Both the position numbers and the translations under genes were made by a program. This document shows, piece after piece, positions 33,001-43,658 of a stretch of 57,427 nt of DNA. The DNA lies in the NCBI GenBank assembly GCA_013416795.1, contig RQSC01000306.1:1324-58750 (forward strand), written 5' to 3'. The notes beneath the pieces are model-generated. The model was not told where the DNA came from. It saw nothing but the letters and a program-made list of their open reading frames with translations, and made no database searches. How positions within the stretch are numbered: position 1 is the first letter of the stretch; the number at the start of each line of letters is the position of its first letter. The DNA comes from Prasinococcaceae sp. CCMP 1430. Its lineage: Eukaryota; Plantae; Prasinodermophyta.

Positions 33001-33465
33001 TGCAGCCGCAGCAGCGACCGTGGCGTTGAACTTCGCGGCGGTTTTGGCCTCTTTCTTAGCGGCCTTGACTTGGGCCTTGGCGACAGCCTCGACCTCGTCA
33101 GCCGTCGTGTCCTTTGAAGTGCCATGATTCGCGTCACGCCTCGCGCGTCAGCGGCGCAGGCACGAGCAGCGGCGCGGCGCCGGCGTGCGGGACGCATGCG
33201 GCGCAGGGGCGCGCAAGACGGGCGCACCGGGTGGGGCGCGCGCTTCGCCCTCGCGCCGGCGCACCTCCTTGTCGGGAAATTCGTACGTCACGAAGCCCCT
33301 ACTGTCCCTCGCGGCCTTCTCCTTGGCCTTCCGCTCCTTTGCCTTCTGGCGCCCGGGCACTCGGTGGCGCGCGGCTGTCTGCGCGCGGCGCGTGCGCGCT
33401 GCGCTGGAGCCGACGAACGCGCGCGCGCTGCGCGCAGCGCCGCCTGCGACCGCCGAGCTCGCCAT
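30027..33465 (-). CDS. About 980-aa protein: transit-peptide-like N-terminus, ~830-aa Ala/Glu/Lys repeat region, C-terminal CBM48 starch-binding module; 4 exons (33465-33265, 33111-30618, 30495-30310, 30088-30027)
   Basis: Exon lengths sum to 2943 nt (981 codons); CBM48 [60 protein letters not shown]; all introns GT-AG. Confidence 0.82.
32420..32576 (-). repeat. Six identical 24-bp units encoding AEADAKAK
   Basis: TGCATC anchor at 32431, 32455, 32479, 32503, 32527, 32551. Confidence 0.92.
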
Positions 33466-34493
33466 CGTGTGCGCTCGGGGGGCCCGGCCCTCCCCCTCGC
33501 CCGGTGCCACTCAACGCGCCCCCGCGCTTCTCGGTACCTCACACCCACCCCACCACCACCACCGACTCCNGCGCGCGCACGCGCGCGTGGCCGCCGCCGC
33601 CACGGTGGCGCGCTCTTTTCGCCCGCGCGCGCCGAACCCCGATTCCGATCCCGATCCGGAACCCACGCGCCGCGCCCCTCCCCGGCGGGACGCATCCGCC
33701 ATCGAACCCCACGCCTTCGGTCGGTCGGTCGGTGCGGACCACCGCCCGACCAACCTCATGTCCATGCATGGATTGAGGAGTCCAGCCACGCAGGGAATCC
33801 GTTCGACGCGCGCGGCATCCGTTCCGGATTCCGCTGTCGGTGCCGCCATCCGAGACCCATCCGCTCCGTCGTCGACGACTCGACATCCAACAACACACCG
33901 ACCAACCAACGTCATTCTTCCTTTTCAAGAATCCTCTCTCTTGCTCGTCCCCATCAAGTCCAAACAAGTCGCAACTCCCAACCCACCGGCCGGCCCGGCC
34001 CCCATCAACAAGCGAGGCAACAAGCACACGCACCCGCCAGCCCGGAAAAAAGATGAAAATTTGATGCCGGATTTGATCCCGCAGACGCCGCGGAGCTGGG
34101 TCGATGCGATGCAGACAGGACGGCAGACAGCCGAGGGCAGGCGGGCACAGGCAGGCACCTGCCGGGCTGCGTGCCCGTCCGTTGGTTGGTGCGGCGCTGC
34201 CCTTCTGACTGAGAGGTGGCACGCGCTGCGCCTGCGCGGTGCTGCGCTCGCTCGCGCCGCGCCGCCGCCCGGATCGCGGGCCAAACTCGAAGGGAGGTCT
34301 GCGCCGCGGCGCTAAAAAAAGAAAAAGAAAAAGAAAAAGAACGGTTGGTGCGAACACGAAGCGACGCCGCGCGCGCTTTCGATCGCGCGCGCCAGGCGGG
34401 ACGCGACGAGAGCCACAGAATGCCACGTCGGACATCCGACATCCACCACCACACCACCGGCGGGCGTGCGCGCGCGCGCCGGGCCCAATCCAA

Positions 34494-35697
34494 ATGCTGA
34501 TGCGCCCGCGGCCGGGCGCGGTCGCGAAAAGGAGCGGGGGCGGCCCGAAAGCGGATTCCGCGCTGGGTTCGGAGGCGCGCGGGCGCCGCGCGCCGGCGGG
34601 CGCNGCGCCGCAGGCCACGGGTGGAAAGAAGAAGCGAAAACCGCTGTCGACGAAGAAAAAGAAGAAGAAAGGCACCATGGGGACAGGCATGGCCACGAGT
34701 GCGCCGACGACCGGTGCCATCGAGCGCACGGAGCTCGAGTCGGTCATCGCCGCACTCGAAGAGGATTACCACGCGGAGCAGGCGCGCTACGTAGAGGCAG
34801 TGGAAGCGGCGGGCGGTGCGAGGCCGCGGCGCGCGGCGGTGCGGTGCGCGAACGGGGGCGACGCGGCGTATGGGAGCGGTGAGGCCACCAGCAGCATGAC
34901 GCGTGTGAACGAGAGTCTCGCCGCGCGGGAGACGGAGCTGCTTGCGCTCCAGGAGGAAATCCGCGCCGCGAGCAACGACCTCAAGGAGATGCGCGAGGGG
35001 CTGCAGGAGCAGGTCGGCGCCGCGAGGCGTCAGCTCGACGCACGGAAAGCCCAGATCGAGGCAGCCGAGGCCCACCTCGAGAGCCTCACGCCCGTCCTAG
35101 GTGAGCGCGGCGGCGCGACGGGCGGCGCGGCCGCGAGAGGCGGCCCGCGACGCGGCCGCGCGAGATCGCCGAGGCGCATGCTGCAGCGCGGGAGCACGCA
35201 TCTGACCCGCCGTCGCCCCCTCACCGCTTGCGCGCGCTGCGTGCCGGGCGCGCATCCGCGCTGCTTCGCTCGCGGACCTGCGCAGTGGAATGGAGCGGTC
35301 GCGCCCATCATGTTGAGATCTCCGGCTCTTTCGATGGCTGGACGTCGATGGTGCCGCTTGAGCGGCAAAGCGAGTTCGATTCCGAGGGCTCGGCGGAATT
35401 TTCGGTCGTGATGAGGCTCTACCCCGGCTCGTACGAGTACAAATTCGTCGTGGATGGCAATTGGCTGGCAGGTGCGTGTGCGCGCTCGACGTCTCCGCCG
35501 AGAGGTGCATTCGCGCGCGAGCGAGGAGACTAGAGGGCGCCATGAGCGAGTGCGTGTGCGAGTGCGCTGACGAGGAGATGCCGGCGCTCGCTCTCGCGCC
35601 CGCCCGCGCAGATCCCAACCAGGAAATGACGGCCAAGTCGGGCAACGTGAACAACATACTACGAGTAGTCGCGCCCGTGTCAGGACCAGCTCTTTGA
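34494..35697 (+). CDS. PTST2: PTST2/PTST3 (FLO6)-like coiled-coil + CBM48 starch granule protein; introns 35101-35285, 35472-35611; start at 34494 or 34677
   Basis: Coiled coil NESLAARETELLALQEEI..KAQIEAAEAHLESL followed by V-EWSGRAHHVEISGSFDGW..LYPGSYEYKFVVDGNWLA-D-PNQ..NNILRV, matching the PTST2/3 pattern LYPGxYExKFxVDGxW..DP. Confidence 0.72.
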
Positions 35698-36066
35698 CGG
35701 CCCGTGGCTGACAGCGGAGGAGCGGGCGGCTGCCCCCTTGACGCCGCGCGTGCGCGCTCTGGGAGTGAACTCTTTTGTCCCCGCTCGCGAGAGCGCGACA
35801 GACACAAACCCGCAAAGACCCCGACGCGGGGGGGGGGCACAGTGCGACGAACGAAGCCACCGCCCACGCGACTGAACCCATGCGGGCGGGCGCCTGCTGT
35901 GCCCTCCGACGTACGTCCGTGTACCTACCCTATGTAAGATTTTCTGGAGGTTTACTGCCGCCCGGCGAGAGGGCATGAACATGTGCCACGCGGGCTCGCC
36001 GCCTCAGCTCCGAACAGGCAAGGCCTCTAGCTGGTTGCGTGGCGAGTTCTCGCTCGTCGCATTTTC

Positions 36067-39000
36067 TCAGTCCCTGCACAGCCGACCCAGCACGCCGGCC
36101 TTGTTGGTGCTCCACCAGCGCTCTGCCTGCGCCTCGTCAGCGAAGTGACGGCGACTGAAGCGCACGCTCTGCAGTTCCGTGCGCGCGCCAGGGAGATCGG
36201 CCCGCACGAGCGTCACCTGCACGCCGGGTGCAGCCTCCACGCGGCGCGTGCGAGTGCCTCGGCCGGTCGCGGTCCCATTGGCGCCGGCTACAGGACTGGC
36301 TAGGCCATTTCCGCTACCCCAACGCCGGTGCATGTTGCCATTGCTGTAGGTTCGGCCGTGAGTGCCAATGCCGCGCGCCGGCGAGTTGCCCACCGATGCC
36401 GGCGAACCGAAGGCATCGCCTTGGTGGCTGTCACCCGCGAGCTTACTCAGCGGCGAGCGCCCGATGCCCGTGACGGCCCGCACGCCCGCTACGGCCAAGG
36501 CGCCACTCGTGCCTGTGAACCCCGATGCCGTCAGCTGCGAGCTCTCGGCGGCAGAGCTGCTGGCCCCGCCGCTCGTAGCGCTCGACGCCGGTAAGCGTGT
36601 GGGCGAGGCCCCGCTTCCGTCAGAATTGCCCTCAAGCGAGTTGCTCGTGGCAGGGCGCGTGGCCTCGCCTCTCCCGATGCCTGCGGTGGTCGCCGTGCCC
36701 GCGTCCTTGGCCCCGCTCCCACCAGCAATGGCGTCTTTTCCTTCGGATCCCACGGACGCAGCTGCGCGTCGCCGCCAGTTCACAAGCTGCGTGGCCATCT
36801 GCGCGGCGCGACGCGCGGCGACATCCGCGCGCTTCGCCTCGCGAGCGAGCTGCGTGCGCAGCGAGACAATTTCGGCGACCAGGGCCTCCGATGTGCCACT
36901 GACACTGACGTTCCCATTGCTCGAGGGAGCGCCACTGGGTTTCTCACCAGCAGTGGCGCCCGCCGCCGGCGTCGGCTCTGCCGCCAGCGGGGCGGGCGCC
37001 ACAGCCGCCTCGCTGGGTGCCACCGCTTCCGCAATAGGCATCGTGACCGCCGCTGCGGGTGCGTCGGGGGAGGTTGCAGCCCCATCAGGTCTGGTCGAGG
37101 TTGACGGCAGCACGCGCTCGAGCATCGCGCGGTCCATCGTGCGCGCGACAGCCTCCTTCCACGCTCGCGAGCGAGAGCTTGTGCTACCAGCGGCTTCGAG
37201 CGCGCGCAGGTACGCGCCACGGTCCATGCCACAGTACGCAGCACCGCTCGCGAAGCGAGCGGCGCCGCTCTGTCCTCCGCGACGGTCGCCGCGCTCATGG
37301 CGAAGCGAACGCTCACGCGACATGCGCGCTTCCATGACTTGCGGCACGGTCTGGCCGCTCATCAGCGCCAGCGCGCTCGCCTGAACCTCGGCGCTCGACA
37401 TGCGGCGAGGGCGCGGCCTGCGTCCTCTGGGGGTGCTCTCGGTGCTGCCTGCACTTGCTCCACGGTTTCGCCCGTCGCCTGTCGGAAATGATGCCCGCCT
37501 GCGACGACCGGTGGGCGAGGGCAATGCCTGGTCACCACCATCCGCACTGCCCGCCGCATGCGCCTCGAGTGACGCAGCGCCCATGCTGACGCTCATCTCC
37601 GCCACGTCTGCATCCATATCGGCGTCCTCAGGCTGCATTGCGGCGATGGCTTTGATGGCGCGCACAGTGGCAGCAAAGGATGCGCCCTTGGCCTTGACGC
37701 CGCTCACCTTGAACTTGGCAGCTGCCGCGTTAGCGACCACGGCCACCGTGGCATCCTCACCGCACGACGCGCGCAGCACGGGGCCCACGTCGCCCGCCAG
37801 CGCTTCCACCAGCCTCGGTGTGCTCTCGTCCCGCTCATTTCCGTGCCCTAGTCTACCGCCCTTTCCACGCCCCCACGTATAAAGCTTGCCCGCAACCACG
37901 ACCGCCGCGTGCCACGCACCGCCGCTCAGTTGCGTTGCTGGCATGCCTTTGCCCACTGTCGCGGGCGCCAGCACGGACGCGGGGAACGCTTGCCCGAGTT
38001 GCGCCGGATCAGGTTTCTTGTCCTCGCCCGCCTCGCGCGCGAGCGTGGCGCGCCCGCCGCATGTGAGCAGCTCGCCCGCACGCGTGAGCACCATTGTGTA
38101 CTGCGCGCCGCATGCCAATTTCGCTGGGACATGCGCCCCGCCGCTCCCAGCCAGGAAAGAGAGGTCTACGCGCGCGGGTGTGGACACGATACCGCCCTTC
38201 TTCCCCAGCGCGAGCTGCCCCTTGTCGTTGCTGCCCCAGGTGAATATCTCCCCGCCGATGGTTATGGCCGCCGAGTGCCACGCGCCGCAGCGCACGTGCG
38301 CCACGCTTACGAGCGACAGCGGGCCGCACACGGGCGCCAAAATCCCCACACTCGCGGGCAGACCATTGGCTGCGCCTCTGTGGCTCCTCTGGTCGCCCTG
38401 GCCAAGCGCGCCGAAGGTTCCCTCGCCGCACGTGAGCAGCGCGCCGCTCTCGGTCGTCACCGCCATCGTGAAGGCGCCACAAGCAACCGCGCGCACTCGC
38501 TCGCCCTCCAGGTGTGGCGACCTGACGCGAGCGGGCACAGCAGTCACCTCACCCTCGCCAGCGTACGCGCCCGCGTGCGCAACTGCGCGCAGTTGATCGT
38601 CAAGATGTGAACGCGCGACGTTCGAGTCGCAGGAGACCTGGGAGAGCACGCCGGTGCCCAGGCCCGAGCCCCAGGTGTAGAGCTCACCGGCTTCCGTCAC
38701 CGCCGCAGTGAAGAACGACCCGCACCCGACGGCCATCGCGCGCACACCTGCATCCGGCGCCCGCACGCCCCCACCGTGCTCGCCACCGCCGGTGTTTAGC
38801 GCCACGCGCTGCGGCACTGGCGACGACTCCCCTGTGCGAGTGCCCAATCGCCCTCCGCTCGCCTCGCCCCACGTGAAGAGCTCGCCCCCAACCGCTATGG
38901 CCGCGTGCCTGGCGCCGACGCTGACCCCGCTGAGGCCATCGAGCGCCCAGCAATCTGGCAGCGGCCGCGGCACGCAGTACAGCGCTCTGTCCTCGGACGC

Positions 39001-40252
39001 CTCGCCCGGCTGCGACGCCACCAGGTCGGCGTTGCCCCACGCATACACGTCGCACAGCGTCTCAAGCGGCGACATCGACATCGACATCGATGAGCCGGGC
39101 GTGCGGCGATGGCGCGCGCTTGGAGCTGCCCGCTCTGCAGTGGACGACGAACTGCCATTCGCTGCGGAGGTGACTTCCGCGTCCAAATGCGCACGCCGAT
39201 GCGCGGCGGCTGCGGCGGCCGGCCGGCCAACTCGCCGCGCGGGATGCTCTGAATCGAGGGCGTCGAGGCTATCGGTCGACGAGCTGTCCCGCACGCTGCT
39301 GTCGTCCGACGACGACGCCCGCGACCGCCGGCCGCCGCCGACGTCGACCTCGCTCTCGCTCTCGCTCTCGCTGAAGCCCGCACCAACGGCGGCGCCGCCG
39401 CCGCGGTGCAGCGCGGTGCTCAGCGCGTACGCCTGCGTGAGCTGCTTAAGCGAGGTGAACCACAGGCGGTACTGGCCCTCGTCAGCGCACACCACGTCCA
39501 ACGAGCGCAGCCTGGAGCCCTTGGTGTACGTGAGTGAGAAGCTCCGGTGCGCTGTCGCCGGATTGGGGTTTCGCGCGAACACGGAAGTCGTCTGCCCCGC
39601 GATGACGTCGGCCACCCTGGCGAGCGGCAGGCAGCGCGGGCGCTCGCGGGCAGGCTCCTTCCGCTTGGTCCACGTGAGCTCGGCGCAGTCGGGTGTCAGC
39701 CGGAAGAACGCCTCATGGGGCGGCCCGCGGCGGCCATGCTGCGCGAGGGGGCCACGGCACGCGCGCGCGCGTATGCGCGAGAGCGGAGGGTCGCGACCGC
39801 ACGCGCGTCAGCGTCAGAGCAGCGCGCGATGAGGGCGCCGCGCGATGGGTGGCCGCGTGTCAGCGCGGGCATGCGCGCGCTGGAGCTTTTGCGCGCAAGG
39901 CGATGGCAGCGGCGCCGCGTGCGGCCGCGAGCGCGCGCGCGCTGTCGCGCACCTTGAGCAGCGTGGCACCCAGGAAGAGCGCGCCGAGCCCACCCGACGG
40001 CCCGTGGCGCAGCTGCGCGTGCGCGCGGCGTGACGACTTGCTCGAACGCAGCCGGTCGGCGCCGCGCTGCCCCGCCACAGGGGCCGCGCGCCCATCCCGC
40101 TCGGCGGAGCTCGCTCGCGCTCGCGGCGTGTTTGCGTCCGCTCCTCGCGGCTGACGCGCGAGCTGCGCTCCCCCCCCAACAGCGGCTCCCACGCTAGGGG
40201 GTGACCCCCCACCCTCCCCGCCGGGCATCGACACGACCTTTGGCGGCGCCAT
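36067..40252 (-). CDS. PRAF/RLD-like protein: PH domain, RCC1 repeats, C-terminal BRX domain; intron 39953-39739
   Basis: GATLLK|HGRRGPPHEAFFRL..IAGQTTSVF..SFSLTY..SLDVVC (PRAF-type PH); repeated V.CG..H/FT..VT..GE..TWG.G..G.LG; EAAPGVQVTL..LQSVRFSRRHFADEAQAERWWSTNK (BRX). Confidence 0.88.
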
Positions 40253-41178
40253 CGCAGGCTGCGCCCCGCGCCCCCGCCGGCACCCGCGCGCCGGCGCCCC
40301 GGCCAGCCTCGCCCTGCGCGGGGCAGGGCAGCGGCCGCGCGCGCCCGCCCCGGCGCTCCCGCGGAGATCCCAATTTCGCGCGCCCCTCCCCGCGAAACCG
40401 CCGCGCCCCCCGCATCTCTTTTCACCTCGTCGCCCCGCGCGGCGAACGCCCCGGGAAACGGAAACGCGAGCGTAAAGCGGAGCGGGCGGTTCCCCGAAGC
40501 GCGAAACCGATGGCTCCGCCCCCAAAAAGCGAGCCGGCCGCGCGCGCGGCGGATGCGGATGCGGATGCGGATGCGTCCGAATTTGATAACCGTCGATTTC
40601 GTACGAGCGGACGCGCGCGCGGCCCGCCCGCGCGCGAATGACATGTGACGTGACCTTGGAGGCGCCCGTGGGGGGTCTTGGAGGGATTCGACGGATGGGC
40701 CGCGCAGGCGCCGGTCGGTCGGTTGGTTCGTTCGTGCGCGCTCGCCCGCGCCGCCCCCGTCCCCCGGGCGGAAGCCCCTGCCGGGCGCCGGGCGACCGGC
40801 GAGGGGCACACGGGGGGGGGGAACCCAGACAGGCCGGAACACGGACAGCGAGGGGGGGAGCGGTGTGCGGGAGTATGGCTGGCTGGCTGGCTGGCTGGCT
40901 GCGGATGGGTATGCGCTCGCCACCGGCGCCCGGGCTCACGCGGCATTCAATTTGAAACGCGGCGACCGTGTGTGCACCCATGCGTGCGGCGGTGGCGAGC
41001 GAGCGAGCGAGCGAGCGAGTGAGTGAGCTGGCGGGACGGGGCGGGGCGAGGCGAGGCGAGGTGAGGCCCGGGCTCGGGCTGGGCGCGGGCGGCGCCACAC
41101 GCGGCCACGGGCGTGCTTGCCAGTTGAGCGCGTGGGCAGCGCGTGCGCGCCTGCAGCGGAGCGCCACGCCGGCGCGCG

Positions 41179-42753
41179 ATGAGCGCCGACTTGCTCGGGT
41201 CGGTCCTCGGGACTGCTGCCGCGTCCGGGGCGTCCGGCGGCAGCGGCAGCGGAAGCGGCGGGGGCGGGGGCGGGGGTGGGGACGGGAGTGGCGCGGCAAT
41301 CCCGGCGTCCCCGGTGCGCTTCGGCGGGCGTGGCATCGGCCGGCACAAGGTGCGCGCGCGCGCACACACACACACTGCTGGTGAGCGCACACGTCTGGAC
41401 GCGCCCGTGGCCCGCGTGCATGTGACCCAGTCGCTCTGACCGATGCAACCTATGACTCGAGCGCCCTCCTAGCGCGCCGAGCCCGACGATGTCATCCTCC
41501 AAATTGAGATGGGCGCCGCCGGCGGTGCCGCCGATACTGCCGGCGATGGAGGCGCCGACGAGAAGTGCGTGCTGCGCGTGCGTGCGCAACATCCACCACC
41601 GTGCGTGCACGCATGCACGCAAGATACACGCGTGCGCGCGCGCGCGTGCCGTGCTGCCGGGCAAGAGGCTGACGCGCGGGCGCACGGGCATGCAGCGGCG
41701 GCGGCGGAGCGGGCGGTGGCAAGGACGCCGTGATGGGAGCGTTCTTTGCCGACGTAGCAGCCACCAAGGCGCTGCTCGCGCGCATCGGTCGCGCGCTGCG
41801 ATCGCTCAACGCCATGCACGCCGAGTCCAAGGCCGCCACGCGCGTGGACGACATGCGCGAGCTGCGCGAGAAGATGCAAGCGGAAACTGAGGCCACCACC
41901 AAGGTGCGCCTGCAAGCGTGCGGGTGGGGTGGGGTGGGTGAGCGGGTCACGCGCTCGCGTTGCTGTTGGCCCGGCGCGTGCTCACACGCTGTCGCCGGAT
42001 TCCCGCGCACGTCCTCTTTCGCGCGCGCACGCGCAGGCCGCCCACGAGGCCAAGACCCGCCTTGAGGCGCTCTCCAAGTCTAACGATGAGGCGTGCGAGA
42101 CCGTGGAGGGCTGCGAGGCCGGATCGAGTGCCGATCGTACGCGGCGCAGCGTGACGGCCTCGCTCTCCAAGAAGCTGCGCGACTTGATGGGCGAGTTCTC
42201 GGAGCTACGGGAGACGCTCCAATCGGACTATCGGGAGGTCGTGGAGCGCCGCGTGTTTACCGTGACGGGCGAGCGCCCGTCCGAGGAAGCCGTGGAAGAA
42301 ATGATCGAGAGCGGCGAGAGCGAGCAGATCTTCCAGCGGGCTATCCTCGAGCAGGGGCGTGGGCAGGTGCTGGATACGGTCGCCGAGATTCAGGAGAGGC
42401 ACGAGGCGGTGCGCGAGATGGAGAAGGGCCTCTTGGAGCTTCACTCCGTCTTCATGGACATGGCCGTGCTCGTCGAGGCACAGGGCGAGATGCTGGACAA
42501 CATCGCCTCGCAGGTGCACAAGAGCGTCGAGTACGTCAAGAAAGGCACCACTGCGCTGCAGCAGGCGAAGGAATATCAGAAGAAGAGCAGGAAGTGGGCG
42601 TGCTGCGCCATCATCCTCCTGCTGATGATCATCGTGGTCACCGTGGTCGCTGTGCTCAAGCCGTGGGAGACAGGCGACGCGCGCAGGCTCGCGCGGATGC
42701 ACCTGCGCGCGGGGAGGCGCATGCTTGCGCACGCACTCCCGCGCGCGCAATAG
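41179..42753 (+). CDS. SYP1: Qa-SNARE syntaxin, SYP1 (SYP13-like) group, 4 exons
   Basis: RTRRSVTASLSKKLRDLMGEFSELRETLQSDYREVVERRVFTVTGE, ESEQIFQRAILEQGRGQVLDTVAEIQERHEAV, LLELHSVFMDMAVLVEAQGEMLDNI, C-terminal TM. Confidence 0.95.
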
Positions 42754-42785
42754 TCGCGTGGGGGCGATCAGTAGAAGTACAGCAA

Positions 42786-43553
42786 CTACACCGCCCGGTA
42801 GACGCGCACGACGCACTCCTGCTGCTCCGGCCGGTTCTGACAGTGCAACTCCTCCACCTCCTCAAAGCCGCCGCCAGTGTCAAGCGTAGCGTTGACGATT
42901 GCTGCGAGCGCGCCCTCGGCCATGGCTCTCCGCAGAGGCATTGAGAGCTGGAGGTGGCTGCCCTGCTCGGGCGCCACGCGCCGCATGCGTGTGGCGTAGC
43001 AGAACCACACGTCGCGCGCTTGCTGTTGCTGTGGAAGCGGCGGCAGCAAGTCGTCCAGGCACACGAAGGCGTCGCCCTGCAGCACCCGTGGTTTCACTCG
43101 TGTGCGCGCCTCAGCCGCGTTTGCCCTGCCCGCGATCTGGCATGCGGCCATCCCGATTGCGGCGAGCTCTGGCACGAACTCGACGCCCACGCAGTCTCGC
43201 CAGTCTGCGGCGATCTCAGCAGCGGCGAGGACGAGTTGACCACGTCCGCATCCCACGTCAACGAACGCGCCGCCGCGCGCGCCGTGGACCGTCTGCAGGC
43301 GCTCCACCACGGCGCCAAACGCCGCTCGATCAAACTCCCCGTACGTGTACTCGTCCAAGGTGAGGTCGACCTCATCATCAGCCTCTGCGGCTACTTCGAG
43401 CGCGGCTACAATGTCGACGGCGTCGAAGATGGCCGACGTCGCCTCAGCAGCAGCTTCTCCGCGCGCACCCGCGCCTTCGGGCGCCCACGCCGGCTCCGCC
43501 CAACCCCACTCTGCGGCCTCGAAGTCGGCCGCCGCCGCCGCGAGCGCTTGCAT
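42786..43553 (-). CDS. Small class I SAM-dependent methyltransferase, DOT1-like
   Basis: YTYGEF, FVDVGCGRGQLVLAAA, CVGVEFVPEL, QGDAF motifs. Confidence 0.65.
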   Translation of the reverse strand: MQALAAAAADFEAAEWGWAEPAWAPEGAGARGEAAAEATSAIFDAVDIVAALEVAAEADDEVDLTLDEYTYGEFDRAAFGAVVERLQTVHGARGGAFVDVGCGRGQLVLAAAEIAADWRDCVGVEFVPELAAIGMAACQIAGRANAAEARTRVKPRVLQGDAFVCLDDLLPPLPQQQQARDVWFCYATRMRRVAPEQGSHLQLSMPLRRAMAEGALAAIVNATLDTGGGFEEVEELHCQNRPEQQECVVRVYRAV

Positions 43554-43658
43554 GCGCGTGCGCGTCCGCGCGCGAGGAGGCGTAGATCGGCGGCGCGTGC
43601 GGGCACCGGAGGCCCGGGCTGCACGTCTGCTCTGGGTCGCGTGGACGCGCTGACGAGC

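Noticed and set aside
31400-33127. Long plus-strand ORFs (ASASAF-, PRP- and LGL-rich) here and at 19407-21461, 19888-20766, 31557-33117
   Set aside because: They are antisense or alternative-frame shadows of the 6/24-bp EAK repeats, which lack stops in most frames. Only the minus frame has coherent splice sites and a recognisable domain.
1568-42040. Introner-like repeated introns
   Set aside because: The introns share GC-alternating composition and splice signals but, apart from the 19-nt match between the two EAK genes, I saw no extended identity by eye.
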